Part shown: piece after piece, positions 32,739 to 42,235 of the stretch
Layout: each line of letters opens with the position of its first letter
Position numbering within the stretch: position 1 is the stretch's first letter
NCBI GenBank assembly: GCA_041565075.1
Contig: JBFGOQ010000001.1
Span: 30,340 to 94,339 of the forward strand
Reading direction: 5' to 3'
Origin: Gammaproteobacteria bacterium
Lineage (GTDB): Bacteria; Pseudomonadota; Gammaproteobacteria; Steroidobacterales; JABDLF01
Length of the DNA stretch: 64,000 bases
Program-made: the position numbers and the translations under genes
Notes under the pieces: model-generated
The model's input: only the letters and a program-made list of their open reading frames with translations
The model's database searches: none
Told to the model about the DNA's origin: nothing

Positions 32739-33044
32739 TTGACCGGCGACTTCTCGAGTTTCAAGGATTTTTATCCCTTTTACCTGGCTGAGCACAGCAA
32801 CGTGAATTGCCGGCGCATGCATTTCGTCGGCACCCTGCTGGTGATTGTCACGACAATCATTGCCGTGTTCACCGGACGCTGGCGGCTGTTGTGGCTGTTG
32901 CCGGTGCTCGGTTACGGATTTGCCTGGCTGGGCCACGGCGTTTTCGAAAAAAACCGGCCGGCTACCTTTACCCATCCCCTGTACAGCTTGCTCGGAGATT
33001 TCGTCATGTTCGGCCAGATGCTGACCGGCCGCCTGCGATTCTAG
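32739..33044 (+). CDS. DUF962 (Mpo1-like) small membrane protein
   Basis: FKDFYPFYLAEHSNVNCRRMHFVGT...GYGFAWLGHGVFEKNRPATF matches the DUF962 signature. Confidence 0.75.
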   Translation: MTGDFSSFKDFYPFYLAEHSNVNCRRMHFVGTLLVIVTTIIAVFTGRWRLLWLLPVLGYGFAWLGHGVFEKNRPATFTHPLYSLLGDFVMFGQMLTGRLRF

Positions 33045-33066
33045 GCCTGTCCAGCAGCGCCGGCCG

Positions 33067-33095
33067 TGAAATCGGCTGATTTCATGGCGTATACT
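33067..33095 (+). promoter_or_regulatory. Palindrome TGAAATC-GGCT-GATTTCA followed by the TATACT -10-like hexamer (33090..33095), upstream of the acyl-CoA reductase gene
   Basis: Seven-bp perfect inverted arms were read directly. The position overlaps the expected -35/spacer of the only -10-like hexamer in this 119-bp gap. Confidence 0.35.
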
Positions 33096-33163
33096 GACAC
33101 GATCCCGTGATCAACTGCCGGCGCGCCAGCGATCGGCCAAAACAAGTAACTGGGAATCTGAGC

Positions 33164-35149
33164 ATGAACTATTTCGTAACCGGCGGCACCGGGTTTATCG
33201 GCAAGCGACTCGTTGCCAAGCTGCTTGAGCGCGGCGGCACTGTGTACCTGCTTGCCAGGAAGGGCAGCGCTGGTCGCGTCGCAGCACTGCGCGACCAATT
33301 GGCAGTCGATGCCAAGCGATTAATTTTGGTAAACGGCGATCTGACGGCCGAAAACCTCGGCATCGGTGCCAAGACCAGAAATGAACTGCAGGGAAAAATT
33401 GATCACTTTTTTCATCTGGCTGCCATCTATGACCTGACCGCGAGTGCTGCGATCCAGGAGCAGGTCAACGTCGCCGGGACTCGCGCGGTTATGCAGTTTG
33501 CAGAACAGATCGAGGCCGGCACATTTCACATGGTCAGTTCGATCGCAGCAGCGGGAACATACAACGGCGTCTTTCGCGAGGATATGTTCGAAGAAGCGGA
33601 GGGCCTGCAGCACCCGTATTTCCGCACCAAACACGAGTCCGAGGCACTGATCAGGAAGGAATACCCGAGGCCCTGGCGGATTTATCGGCCTGGCGTTGTG
33701 GTCGGGGATTCCGAGACCGGCGAAATGGACAAGATCGACGGTCCCTATCACTTCTTCAAAGCAATCCAGAAAATTCGCCGCACTTTGCCGCGCTGGATGC
33801 CCACCATTGGTGTGGAAGGCGGGCGGATAAACATCGTCCCGGTAAATTATGTCGTTGCGGCGATGGATCATATAGCCCACAAGAAAGGTCTTGACGGCAA
33901 ATGTTTTCATCTCACGGACCCGCAAGCGCGCCGCATCGGTGACGTGCTGAATATTTTTGCGCGCGCGGCGCATGCCCCGGAAATGGCCATGCGGGTCAAT
34001 GCGCGCATGTTCGGGTTCATCCCAAGTTATGTCTGGAAAGGGGTCGCCTCCATCGCTCCGGTGCGGCGCATGATCAGTTCCGTGCTGGAGGACCTGCGCC
34101 TGCCCCCCGACATGCTGGGGTTTATAAATTATCCCACGCGTTTCGATAGCCGCGAGGCAGAAAAAGCGCTGGCGGACAGTGACATTCGGGTGCCTGATCT
34201 CAGGGAATATGCGTGGAAGCTCTGGGATTACTGGGAGCGGCATATGGACCCGGATCTGTTTGTCGATCGCTCGTTAGGTGGCCGGGTAGGCGGCAAAGTT
34301 GCCTTGGTTACCGGCGCCTCTTCGGGCATCGGGCAGGCGACCGCGATTCGGCTGGGCGAAGCCGGTGCCAGGGTAGTCATCGTGGCACGCGGCGAAGAAA
34401 AGCTGGCAGAGACCGCCGAGATTATCCGTCAAGGCGGGGGTGAAGTCAGCACCTATACGGCGGATCTTTCAGATGCCGATTCCTGTGACCGGCTGGTCAA
34501 AGCTGTACTGAAGGATCATGAGTGCGTGGACATCCTGGTCAATAATGCAGGGCGCTCGATCCGCCGTGGCATTGAACAGTCTTTCGACCGGTTCCATGAC
34601 TTCGAGCGCACCATGCAGCTCAATTATTATGGTGCACTTCGTCTGATTCTCGGGTTTTTGCCGGCGATGGCCAAGCGGCGCAATGGGCACATAATCAACA
34701 TTTCTTCAATCGGGGTGCTCAGCAATGCGCCGCGTTTCTCCGCTTACGTTGCGTCCAAGGCGGCGCTGGATGCGTTTACACGCTGTGCAGGATCCGAGTT
34801 TTCGGATCGCAACGTGCGTTTTACAACCATCAATATGCCCCTGGTGCGAACGCCAATGATCGCTCCGACCAAGCTGTATGAGAACGTGCCAACCATCAGC
34901 CCTGAAGAAGCCGCGGATATGGTCGCGGATGCGATAATCCGTCGCCCGATACGCATCGCAACGCGTTTGGGCGTGACCGCGCAGATCCTGCACTTGCTTG
35001 CCCCAAAAATGACGGAGGTGGGTATGAACACTGCGTTTCAAATGTTCCCGGACTCGGCGGCCGCCAAGGGCAAGAAGGGTGAGGGTGAGCATCAGCCGTC
35101 GCCGGAACAAATCGCGCTGGCCCAGTTCACCAAGGGCATCCACTGGTAG
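33164..35149 (+). CDS. Two-domain fatty acyl-CoA / fatty aldehyde reductase (NAD_binding_4 reductase domain plus SDR domain)
   Basis: From MNYFVTGGTGFIGKRL the protein is 661 aa. It has the N-terminal Rossmann motif GGTGFIG. The C-terminal SDR domain has VTGASSGIGQATA and YVASKAAL (YxxxK). The architecture matches the 661-aa Marinobacter-type fatty alcohol-forming reductases. Confidence 0.75.
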   Translation: MNYFVTGGTGFIGKRLVAKLLERGGTVYLLARKGSAGRVAALRDQLAVDAKRLILVNGDLTAENLGIGAKTRNELQGKIDHFFHLAAIYDLTASAAIQEQVNVAGTRAVMQFAEQIEAGTFHMVSSIAAAGTYNGVFREDMFEEAEGLQHPYFRTKHESEALIRKEYPRPWRIYRPGVVVGDSETGEMDKIDGPYHFFKAIQKIRRTLPRWMPTIGVEGGRINIVPVNYVVAAMDHIAHKKGLDGKCFHLTDPQARRIGDVLNIFARAAHAPEMAMRVNARMFGFIPSYVWKGVASIAPVRRMISSVLEDLRLPPDMLGFINYPTRFDSREAEKALADSDIRVPDLREYAWKLWDYWERHMDPDLFVDRSLGGRVGGKVALVTGASSGIGQATAIRLGEAGARVVIVARGEEKLAETAEIIRQGGGEVSTYTADLSDADSCDRLVKAVLKDHECVDILVNNAGRSIRRGIEQSFDRFHDFERTMQLNYYGALRLILGFLPAMAKRRNGHIINISSIGVLSNAPRFSAYVASKAALDAFTRCAGSEFSDRNVRFTTINMPLVRTPMIAPTKLYENVPTISPEEAADMVADAIIRRPIRIATRLGVTAQILHLLAPKMTEVGMNTAFQMFPDSAAAKGKKGEGEHQPSPEQIALAQFTKGIHW

Positions 35150-35164
35150 ACGACAGTTAAGCAG

Positions 35165-35509
35165 GTGACTGTTCGCGCGGAACATACGGCCGCCATCAGG
35201 GAGGCCGTAGCCTCCATACCTCGCGGCAAAGTATGCTCCTATGGGAGAGTGGCCGAAGTTGCGGGGCTGCCGCGCCGGGCCCGGCTGGTCGGGCGCGTTC
35301 TGGGGGAGATGTCAGCGGCAGAGGAATTGCCCTGGCACAGGGTTATCAGGGCGAATGGCACGCTGGCCTTCGAACCGGGCAGCAGAGGCTATGAAAAGCA
35401 GTCGTCGAGGTTGATAGCCGAAGGTGTCGCTGTCGAGGAAGGGCGCGTAGACCTGGCTCGCTTCGGCTGGCAGCTGAGCCTGGACGAACAGCTTTGGGGG
35501 CCCTCCTGA
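35165..35509 (+). CDS. Alkyltransferase-like (ATL / YbaZ-type) DNA-binding protein, MGMT fold without the acceptor cysteine
   Basis: IPRGKVCSYGRVAEVAGLP...LPWHRVIRANG. Here PWHRV stands in place of the PCHRV active site of O6-alkylguanine transferases. Confidence 0.75.
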   Translation: MTVRAEHTAAIREAVASIPRGKVCSYGRVAEVAGLPRRARLVGRVLGEMSAAEELPWHRVIRANGTLAFEPGSRGYEKQSSRLIAEGVAVEEGRVDLARFGWQLSLDEQLWGPS

Positions 35510-35510
35510 A

Positions 35511-37964
35511 ATGAACCGTTATCTCGGTTTCGATCGCCTTGGCCTGGGCCTTGCACGCCGCCTTCTCAACCTCTGGGTCCGCACCCGCGTGCTGCCTGAA
35601 GATCTCGGGACGCTGAAGGTGAACGCAGATATTCCGGTCTGCTATGTGCTGGAGATGCGCGCCTTGTCTGACTTGCTGGTGCTGGACCGGGAGACGCGCA
35701 AGGCCGGGATGCCGCGGCCAAATGATGCGCTGGTCATGGGTCCCATGCGTTCCAGACGGTCCGTGTTTGCCACTGCCCGCATGCGCGGCTGGATGCCAAA
35801 GCGGGTCGAGCAGCAGGTACCAGAGCTGTTACATGATATCGCCGGGGCCGTTCTTGATGACGCAACGCTGGATGTGCAACTTGTGCCCGTGGCGATTTTC
35901 TGGGGCCGTGCTCCGGAAAAAGAAACTTCTATTTTCAAGGCCTTATTTGCCGAACGCTGGCAGCCCAAGGGCCGACTCAGAAAGTTACTGACAATCCTGT
36001 TGCATGGGCGCGCTGTGCTGGTGCAGGTGGGCACGCCGTTGTCAGTGAAGGCCAACCTTGAAGACGGCATGAAAAAGAAGACTGCCGCACGCAAACTTGC
36101 ACGTTTGCTAAGGGTTCATTTCAAGGGCATCAGGACGTCGACGATCGGGCCCGATTTATCCCACCGCAATACCCTGGTCGAGCAAATTCTGGTGGCGCCG
36201 ACGGTGCAGCAGCAGATCGAGCGGGAAGCGCGTGCTGCCCAGGTGGACGAGCACGAGGTGGTGCAGCGCGCCCGGCGTTATGCGCTGGAAATTGCCGCTG
36301 ATTATTCCCCCGGTTTCGTGAGCTTTGCCGAACGCGTGCTCGCGTGGCTGTGGAACAGGCTGTATGACGGCATTGCCGTACACCAGATTGAGGAAGTGCT
36401 CAGTCTTTCACGTACGCATACGATTGTTTATGCGCCTTGTCATCGCAGCCACATCGATTACCTTTTGCTGTCTTATGTGGTGTACCAGCATGGATTGGTG
36501 CCACCACATATCGCGGCCGGGCTTAATCTGAACCTGCCGGTTCTAGGCGGCGTGCTCAGACGCGGCGGCGCCTTCTTTTTGCGCCGGAGCTTTCGCGGCA
36601 ACAAGCTATATGCGGCAGTTTTCAACGAATACCTGCGGGCTAATCTGGCAAAGGGCGTCTCTATAGAATACTTCGTCGAAGGTGGCCGCTCGCGAACCGG
36701 CAAATTATTACGGCCCAAGCCGGGCATGTTGTCGATGACAATGCGCAGTTTTGTCGACAATCCGGACCGACCGCTCGCTTTCGTGCCGGTGTACATCGGC
36801 TATGACAAGCTGGTCGAGGGCCGCAGCTATATCGGCGAGTTGAGCGGTCGCCCGAAGCGCAAGGAAAACTGGCTGGACTTCCTGCGCTCACTGAAGATCC
36901 TGAAGAGCGAGTTTGGCACGGTGCAACTGGCGTTCGGTGAGCCTGTCGAGGCGGCGCCGTTGCTGGATGCGCGAGCGCCGGGCTGGCGGGAATCCGACAA
37001 GGCCGAAGAGAAGCCTGAATGGTTTGCCGATGTGGTGGCAGAGCTCGGCGAGGAAATTATGGTGCGTATCAACCAGGCTGCGGTCATCAATTCGGTAAAT
37101 CTGCTGGCGCTTGCCTTGCTTGCAGTACCCCGTCAGGCGATGGCGGAGAATGATCTTATCAGGCAGGTAGAAATGACCCAGGCCCTGGTGGCAGCTATTC
37201 GGGCTTCGAAGCTGGATGCGCATCAACCCATTGCCGGGAGTGAGGTCATCGCCGAGGGCGAAGATCTCGCCATGCTGGTGCGGCGACAACACGAGCTCGG
37301 TGATGTCCTCGTGTTGAGTGAAGAGCAGGCCGTGCTGTCCACCTATTTCCGCAACAATATTCTGCATCTCGTGGCGTTGCCCTCGCTCATCGCATGCGGC
37401 TTTCTTTACAACGAGTATCTTGCAAAAGACAGGCTGATTGAACTGTGCAAAATGGCCTATCCGTTCATACGCTCGGAGCTTTTTCTGCCGTCAGATGACA
37501 GAAGGATGGAGGTGCAGCTGGAACTCAGCCTGGAGGCGATGCAGGATCTCGGGTTGCTGGCCAAGTATAAAGACCGCGTCGTACGACCGCCCGCGACCTC
37601 AAGGGAGGCAGGGCAGTTATCGGTTCTGGCCCAACCCATGCTGCAGATCCTGGAGCGTTATTACCTGGTCATCGCCTTGCTGCGCAACCGCGGTTCCGGC
37701 ACCTTGACGCAAAAAGACCTCGAGTCGCTCTGCCAGCTCATGGCACAGCGCATCTCCATGATCTATGAACTTGATGCGCCGGACTTTTTTGCCCGCGATC
37801 TTTTCCGGAATTTCATTAACGAACTCAAGCGCTTCGAGGTAATCAAACTCGATGCGGACGGCAAGCTGGAATTCGGCGATATCCTGGTAGCCGTCAGTGA
37901 CAAAGCGCAGCATGTGCTCAGCGAAGAAATCCGCCACAGCATCCTGCGTGTGACTCAGGCCTGA
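35511..37964 (+). CDS. plsB: Glycerol-3-phosphate acyltransferase PlsB
   Basis: The ORF is 817 aa. It has the HX4D block PCHRSHIDYLLLSYV and the downstream blocks FFLRRSF and YFVEGGRSRTGK. Confidence 0.92.
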   Translation: MNRYLGFDRLGLGLARRLLNLWVRTRVLPEDLGTLKVNADIPVCYVLEMRALSDLLVLDRETRKAGMPRPNDALVMGPMRSRRSVFATARMRGWMPKRVEQQVPELLHDIAGAVLDDATLDVQLVPVAIFWGRAPEKETSIFKALFAERWQPKGRLRKLLTILLHGRAVLVQVGTPLSVKANLEDGMKKKTAARKLARLLRVHFKGIRTSTIGPDLSHRNTLVEQILVAPTVQQQIEREARAAQVDEHEVVQRARRYALEIAADYSPGFVSFAERVLAWLWNRLYDGIAVHQIEEVLSLSRTHTIVYAPCHRSHIDYLLLSYVVYQHGLVPPHIAAGLNLNLPVLGGVLRRGGAFFLRRSFRGNKLYAAVFNEYLRANLAKGVSIEYFVEGGRSRTGKLLRPKPGMLSMTMRSFVDNPDRPLAFVPVYIGYDKLVEGRSYIGELSGRPKRKENWLDFLRSLKILKSEFGTVQLAFGEPVEAAPLLDARAPGWRESDKAEEKPEWFADVVAELGEEIMVRINQAAVINSVNLLALALLAVPRQAMAENDLIRQVEMTQALVAAIRASKLDAHQPIAGSEVIAEGEDLAMLVRRQHELGDVLVLSEEQAVLSTYFRNNILHLVALPSLIACGFLYNEYLAKDRLIELCKMAYPFIRSELFLPSDDRRMEVQLELSLEAMQDLGLLAKYKDRVVRPPATSREAGQLSVLAQPMLQILERYYLVIALLRNRGSGTLTQKDLESLCQLMAQRISMIYELDAPDFFARDLFRNFINELKRFEVIKLDADGKLEFGDILVAVSDKAQHVLSEEIRHSILRVTQA

Positions 37965-37981
37965 TTGCAAGGAAAGACCCG

Positions 37982-38179
37982 ATGAAAGACAGGTTGGTGG
38001 AATGCGAGACGCGCTTGGCCTTTCTTGACGACACGGTCCGTACCCTGAACGATGCGGTTTCCGGTCACCAGCGGAAAATCGAACGCCTGGAAAGGGCGTT
38101 GATGGAGCTGCAAGGCCAGTTGAGAATCATCGCTTCCGGGGACGTTGCCAGTGATGACGAAGCGCCACCCCATTACTGA
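37982..38179 (+). CDS. slyX: SlyX-family coiled-coil protein
   Basis: The 65-aa ORF reads LVECETRLAFLDDTVRTLNDAVSGHQRKIERLERAL, typical of SlyX. Confidence 0.8.
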   Translation: MKDRLVECETRLAFLDDTVRTLNDAVSGHQRKIERLERALMELQGQLRIIASGDVASDDEAPPHY

Positions 38180-38200
38180 GGACGATCGACAAGTCGCAGG

Positions 38201-39136
38201 ATGATGCAGCACACAGATAGCCAGGACATAGAAGTTGCGACGTTTTATCGATTCGTTGCGCTGGCGGATTACGCGGCGCTGGCAGCAAAGCTGCACAACA
38301 GCGCGTCGGCGAACCGGCTACTGGGCACTATAGTCATCGCCGCCGAGGGCATTAACGCTACGCTGGCAGGTGATTCATCTGCGTTGAGGCGCTGGCTGGC
38401 AGAACTGACCCGGGACGAGCGTTTTGCCGATCTGGCGCCGCGCCTGATGAAGGCGCCACGCATGCCCTTTTATCGGCTCAAGGTAAAGTTGCGGGACGAA
38501 ATCGTCACTTTGGGCCAGCCTGACGTCGCGCCTCATGAGCGCACCGGAACGCACGTGGGGCCGGAGCAATGGGATGAGCTTCTGGAGGATCCGGAAGTGC
38601 TTGTAATCGACGCGCGCAATCGTTACGAGGTAGCCGTTGGCACTTTCGCAGGTGCGACAGATCCACAAACTGAATCATTCCGCCAATTCCCGGACTACGT
38701 AAACGAAAATCTCGATCCCGCCGTGCATCGCAAGGTGGCGATGTTTTGTACCGGCGGCATCCGCTGCGAGAAGGCTTCTGCCTGGATGCTGGCCCGGGGT
38801 TTTACCGATGTTTATCAGTTATCCGGAGGTGTTCTTGCCTATCTTCAACAGAAGACTGCAGAAGAAGGGCGCTGGCGGGGCGGTTGCTTCCTGTTCGACC
38901 AGCGCGTTGCCGTTGGCTACGGCCTCGAACGCAGCGACATCGAGATTTGCCACGGCTGTCGGTATCCGCTGACACCGAGCGAGCGAGCGGCTCCCGAGTA
39001 TGAAGCAGGCGTGAGCTGTCCACATTGTGCGGCTGAGCTGAGCGACAAACGACGCGATGCACTGCGTGAACGACATCGCCAGGAACACCTGGCCCGCAGT
39101 CGCGGCACAAAACATCTCGGCAACCGCCAGGGCTGA
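38201..39136 (+). CDS. trhO: tRNA uridine(34) hydroxylase TrhO (YceA; rhodanese-domain protein)
   Basis: It has the UPF0176 N-terminus (VATFYRFVALADY), the rhodanese active loop FCTGGIRCEKA and a C-terminal Cys cluster (CHGC...CPHC). Confidence 0.85.
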   Translation: MMQHTDSQDIEVATFYRFVALADYAALAAKLHNSASANRLLGTIVIAAEGINATLAGDSSALRRWLAELTRDERFADLAPRLMKAPRMPFYRLKVKLRDEIVTLGQPDVAPHERTGTHVGPEQWDELLEDPEVLVIDARNRYEVAVGTFAGATDPQTESFRQFPDYVNENLDPAVHRKVAMFCTGGIRCEKASAWMLARGFTDVYQLSGGVLAYLQQKTAEEGRWRGGCFLFDQRVAVGYGLERSDIEICHGCRYPLTPSERAAPEYEAGVSCPHCAAELSDKRRDALRERHRQEHLARSRGTKHLGNRQG

Positions 39137-39157
39137 CGAGCCACCTGCCGCTCGCAA

Positions 39158-39373
39158 TTACGCGTTCAAGTCAGGAATCAGCTCGCTTTCCATTTTTTCG
39201 ATGAGGTCCTTGAGTTGCAGCTTGCGCTTTTTCAGGCGCCGCAGGCGCAATTGATCGACATGCAAATCGGAATTGAGGCGCTCGATGACGTCATCGAGGT
39301 CGCGATGTTCGATCCGCAGCTCCTTGAGCCGTCGCATTTTTTCAAAAGCCTCGGTATCGACGTTGTCGGTCAT
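39158..39373 (-). CDS. YdcH/DUF465-family small protein
   Basis: The 71-aa ORF reads RIEHRDLDDVIERL...LRRLKKRKLQLKDLIEKM, which matches the DUF465 pattern. Confidence 0.7.
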   Translation of the reverse strand: MTDNVDTEAFEKMRRLKELRIEHRDLDDVIERLNSDLHVDQLRLRRLKKRKLQLKDLIEKMESELIPDLNA

Positions 39374-39432
39374 GGCTATCCTATCTTAGACCCCACAGGC
39401 GATCACGGCCACGCCGGACTGGCGAGGCCGGG

Positions 39433-40233
39433 TCACTGCAACGGCGGCCAAGCCCGCGAACTGTCGCCAATCACAATGAAATAAGGATTCAGGATGTCCT
39501 CCTTGGCATTGTAAGCGAGGGCCTTACCGTCGGCGGTCAATACCTTGCCGCCGGCACATTCCACCACCGCTTGCGCAGCCGCGGTGTCCCATTCTGAAGT
39601 CAGTCCGAGACGCGGGTACACGTCGGCTCGGCCTTCGGCCACGAGGCAGAATTTCAGCGAGCTGCCAACCGGAACGACCTCATGGGCGCCCAGCTTGTCG
39701 AGATACACCTGTAAATTGTCACCGGCATGGGAGCGCGAGCCGACCACGCGCAATGGCGCAGCCGCGGGGATTCGTACCTTGATGGGCTGATTGACTGCAG
39801 CGCTGTCCGATTTGAATGCCCCGATATTTCGCGCCGCGCTGTAAGTGACCCCTGTGACCGGGACATGTACGACACCGAGGACCGGCTCATGGCCATCGAT
39901 CAGGGCGATGTTGACCGTAAACTCGCCGTTGCGCTTGACGAATTCCTTGGTGCCATCCAGAGGGTCGACAAGCCAGTACCTGCGCCAGCCGGAGCGTGTG
40001 GTCCAGGGCAGGCTGCGGGATTCCTCGGACAGCAGCGGTAATGCGGGCGTGAGCGCGGCCAGGCCCTGTTTGATGCAGCGATGCGAGGCCAGATCCGCAG
40101 CAGTCAGCGGCGAGTCATCATCCTTGCTTTGCACGCTGAAGTCGGTCTCGTAGACTTCCAGGATACGGGCGCCTGCGCGGCGGGCGATTTCGCAGCTTTC
40201 GTCCAGTAAGTATTGCAGATCGAGGTCGGCCAT
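39433..40233 (-). CDS. cysQ: 3'(2'),5'-bisphosphate nucleotidase CysQ
   Basis: It has the inositol-monophosphatase-fold motifs (LSEES, YWLVDPLDGTKEF, WDTAAAQAV). The likely start is MADLDLQYLL (40233). Confidence 0.85.
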   Translation of the reverse strand: MADLDLQYLLDESCEIARRAGARILEVYETDFSVQSKDDDSPLTAADLASHRCIKQGLAALTPALPLLSEESRSLPWTTRSGWRRYWLVDPLDGTKEFVKRNGEFTVNIALIDGHEPVLGVVHVPVTGVTYSAARNIGAFKSDSAAVNQPIKVRIPAAAPLRVVGSRSHAGDNLQVYLDKLGAHEVVPVGSSLKFCLVAEGRADVYPRLGLTSEWDTAAAQAVVECAGGKVLTADGKALAYNAKEDILNPYFIVIGDSSRAWPPLQ

Positions 40234-40234
40234 A

Positions 40235-40942
40235 GTGAGCGAACATCCTGGCAAGCGAGATAACGTGGGGGGCGCAAGTGTAAAGCAATCAAGGCTCGAC
40301 TGGCAGAGCATCGCCACGGTCATGCTGGATATGGACGGCACCCTGCTGGACCTGCGCTTCGATACCTGGTTCTGGACGGAGCTTGTGCCGCGGCGCTATG
40401 GCGAACGCCATGGACTGGATCCCGAACAGGTCGTGCGCAAGCTAATGCCCGAGTTCGAATCAAGGCGCGGCACCCTGGAGTGGTATTGCCTGGATTTCTG
40501 GGCAGACCATCTGGATATGGACCTGCAAGGGCTCAAGCACAATGCTTCCAAAGACATTCGTTTTCTTCCCGGCGTGCCGAGATTCCTGACTCGCCTGCGC
40601 GCGATGGGCAAGCGGCGGGTCCTCGTGACCAACGCCCATTCGGGCATTTTAAATCTCAAACTCGCCTGTACAGGCCTGGCCAGCTACTTCGACGAGATTT
40701 ACTCGAGTCATGATTTTGGTGCCCCCAAGGAAGCCGCTGAATTCTGGGGGCGACTCAACCAGGTTGAGCCTTTCGAGACCAGCAGCAGCCTGTTCGTCGA
40801 CGACAGTCTGCCTGTCCTGCAGGCGGCGCGGGCTTATGGCATCCGCAATGTGGTGGGCATTGGTAAACCCGACAGCTCGATGCCGGCGCGTGAGTTGATC
40901 GGCTTCGACACGGTGGAGGCGCTGGACGAGCTTCTCGGCTGA
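40235..40942 (+). CDS. yrfG: HAD-superfamily GMP/IMP nucleotidase (YrfG-like); start uncertain
   Basis: LDWQSIATVMLDMDGTLLDLRFDTWFWTELVP..., WYCLDFWADHL, VLVTNAH and LFVDDS are collinear with E. coli YrfG as I recall it. The GTG at 40235 lies only 1 nt from the divergent cysQ start, so a downstream start (for example GTG 40265 or ATG 40322) is likely. Confidence 0.7.
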   Translation: MSEHPGKRDNVGGASVKQSRLDWQSIATVMLDMDGTLLDLRFDTWFWTELVPRRYGERHGLDPEQVVRKLMPEFESRRGTLEWYCLDFWADHLDMDLQGLKHNASKDIRFLPGVPRFLTRLRAMGKRRVLVTNAHSGILNLKLACTGLASYFDEIYSSHDFGAPKEAAEFWGRLNQVEPFETSSSLFVDDSLPVLQAARAYGIRNVVGIGKPDSSMPARELIGFDTVEALDELLG

Positions 40943-42235
40943 TCAGTTGGCCTTGCCGGAATGGCGGCTTGGCCGTCTGCGCTTGCTGGAGCGGCCACCC
41001 CGGCCCTTGCCGCCGGCGCTGTGTGGCGGTTTGCGGCGCGGTGCGGGGCGCGGGCGCGTGAGCTGCGGCAACATGCCGGGCTCGATGCTGGCGGTGGGAA
41101 TCTTGTAGCCCACGAATGCTTCAATTTCCGGCAGCGCAAACACGTAGTCCTCGCAACCAAAGCTGATAGCGTCACCGGCCGCGCCGGCACGTGCAGTTCG
41201 CCCGACGCGGTGTACGTAATCTTCGATATTTTGCGGCAGATCGAAATTGAATACGTGGCTGACGTTGTCAATATGCAAACCGCGCGACGCGACGTCAGTG
41301 CCGATCAGGACCGGCAGAGCGCCGGTCTGAAAGTCGGCCAGCATACGCTCACGCTTGCGTTGTGGCACATCGCCGGAAATGGCGGCGGCCTCGATGCCGT
41401 TGGCGACAAGATAGCGCTGCAAAACTTCCGCCACGCGCTTGGTATTGACAAAAACCATCGTGCGGGTCGGGTCCGTCTTTCGCAGCAGCCCTATCAGCAG
41501 CGGGATTTTCTCGTGGTTGGAAGGAAAGTAAATAACCTGCCTTATACGGTCGGCGGTTACCTTGTCAGGTTCAATACGCACCAATTCGGGTTCGTTCATA
41601 TGTTCGTAGGCAAGTTCAAGAACGCGCTGTGACAATGTCGCCGAGAACAGCATGCTCAGGCGCTCATTGGCCGGTGGGAGGCGGCGCATGACATAGCGGA
41701 TGTCCTTGATGAATCCGAGATCAAACATGCGATCGGCTTCGTCAATAACGATCACCTCGACCGCGCCCAGCCCGAACACGCGTTGCTTGAAATAATCGAT
41801 CATGCGCCCGGGGGTGCCAATCAATACATCGACGCCCTGTTCAAGAATGTGGCGCTGCTTTTCGTAATCTTTACCGCCATAGGCGAGGCCCAGGCGCACA
41901 TCGGTGAATTGCCCGATAGCTTCCGCATCCTTATGAATCTGCACGGCAAGTTCGCGCGTTGGCGCCAGTATGACCGCGCGCGGGTCAGTGACCCGGCGCT
42001 GCGCCCGGGCAGGCTCTTTGAGCAGGCGATTGAATACTGCGATCAGGAAGGCGGCCGTTTTGCCGGTGCCGGTCTGTGCCTGGCCCGCAACATCATCGCC
42101 AGCCAGCGCCACCGGCAGGGTTGATGCCTGGATAGGCGTGCACTTCTCAAAACCCATTTCCGCGACCCCACGCGCGACGGGTTCGGCAAGCGGCAAGCTG
42201 CCAAAACTGGTATTGCTTAAGTGCTTGCTGGTCAT
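40943..42235 (-). CDS. rhlB: ATP-dependent RNA helicase RhlB (DEAD-box)
   Basis: It has AQTGTGKT, DEAD (VIVIDEADRM), SAT and HRVGRTARAG, plus a basic C-terminal tail. It sits next to trxA-rho, as in enterobacteria. Confidence 0.9.
   Translation of the reverse strand: MTSKHLSNTSFGSLPLAEPVARGVAEMGFEKCTPIQASTLPVALAGDDVAGQAQTGTGKTAAFLIAVFNRLLKEPARAQRRVTDPRAVILAPTRELAVQIHKDAEAIGQFTDVRLGLAYGGKDYEKQRHILEQGVDVLIGTPGRMIDYFKQRVFGLGAVEVIVIDEADRMFDLGFIKDIRYVMRRLPPANERLSMLFSATLSQRVLELAYEHMNEPELVRIEPDKVTADRIRQVIYFPSNHEKIPLLIGLLRKTDPTRTMVFVNTKRVAEVLQRYLVANGIEAAAISGDVPQRKRERMLADFQTGALPVLIGTDVASRGLHIDNVSHVFNFDLPQNIEDYVHRVGRTARAGAAGDAISFGCEDYVFALPEIEAFVGYKIPTASIEPGMLPQLTRPRPAPRRKPPHSAGGKGRGGRSSKRRRPSRHSGKAN

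Noticed and set aside
28707-33044. Possible prophage or eCIS remnant around the sheath gene.
   Set aside because: I could recognise no integrase, att-like direct repeats, tRNA, tube, baseplate, capsid or terminase genes. Only the single sheath homologue is phage-related, so I do not call a mobile element. The orphan gene itself is kept as a finding.
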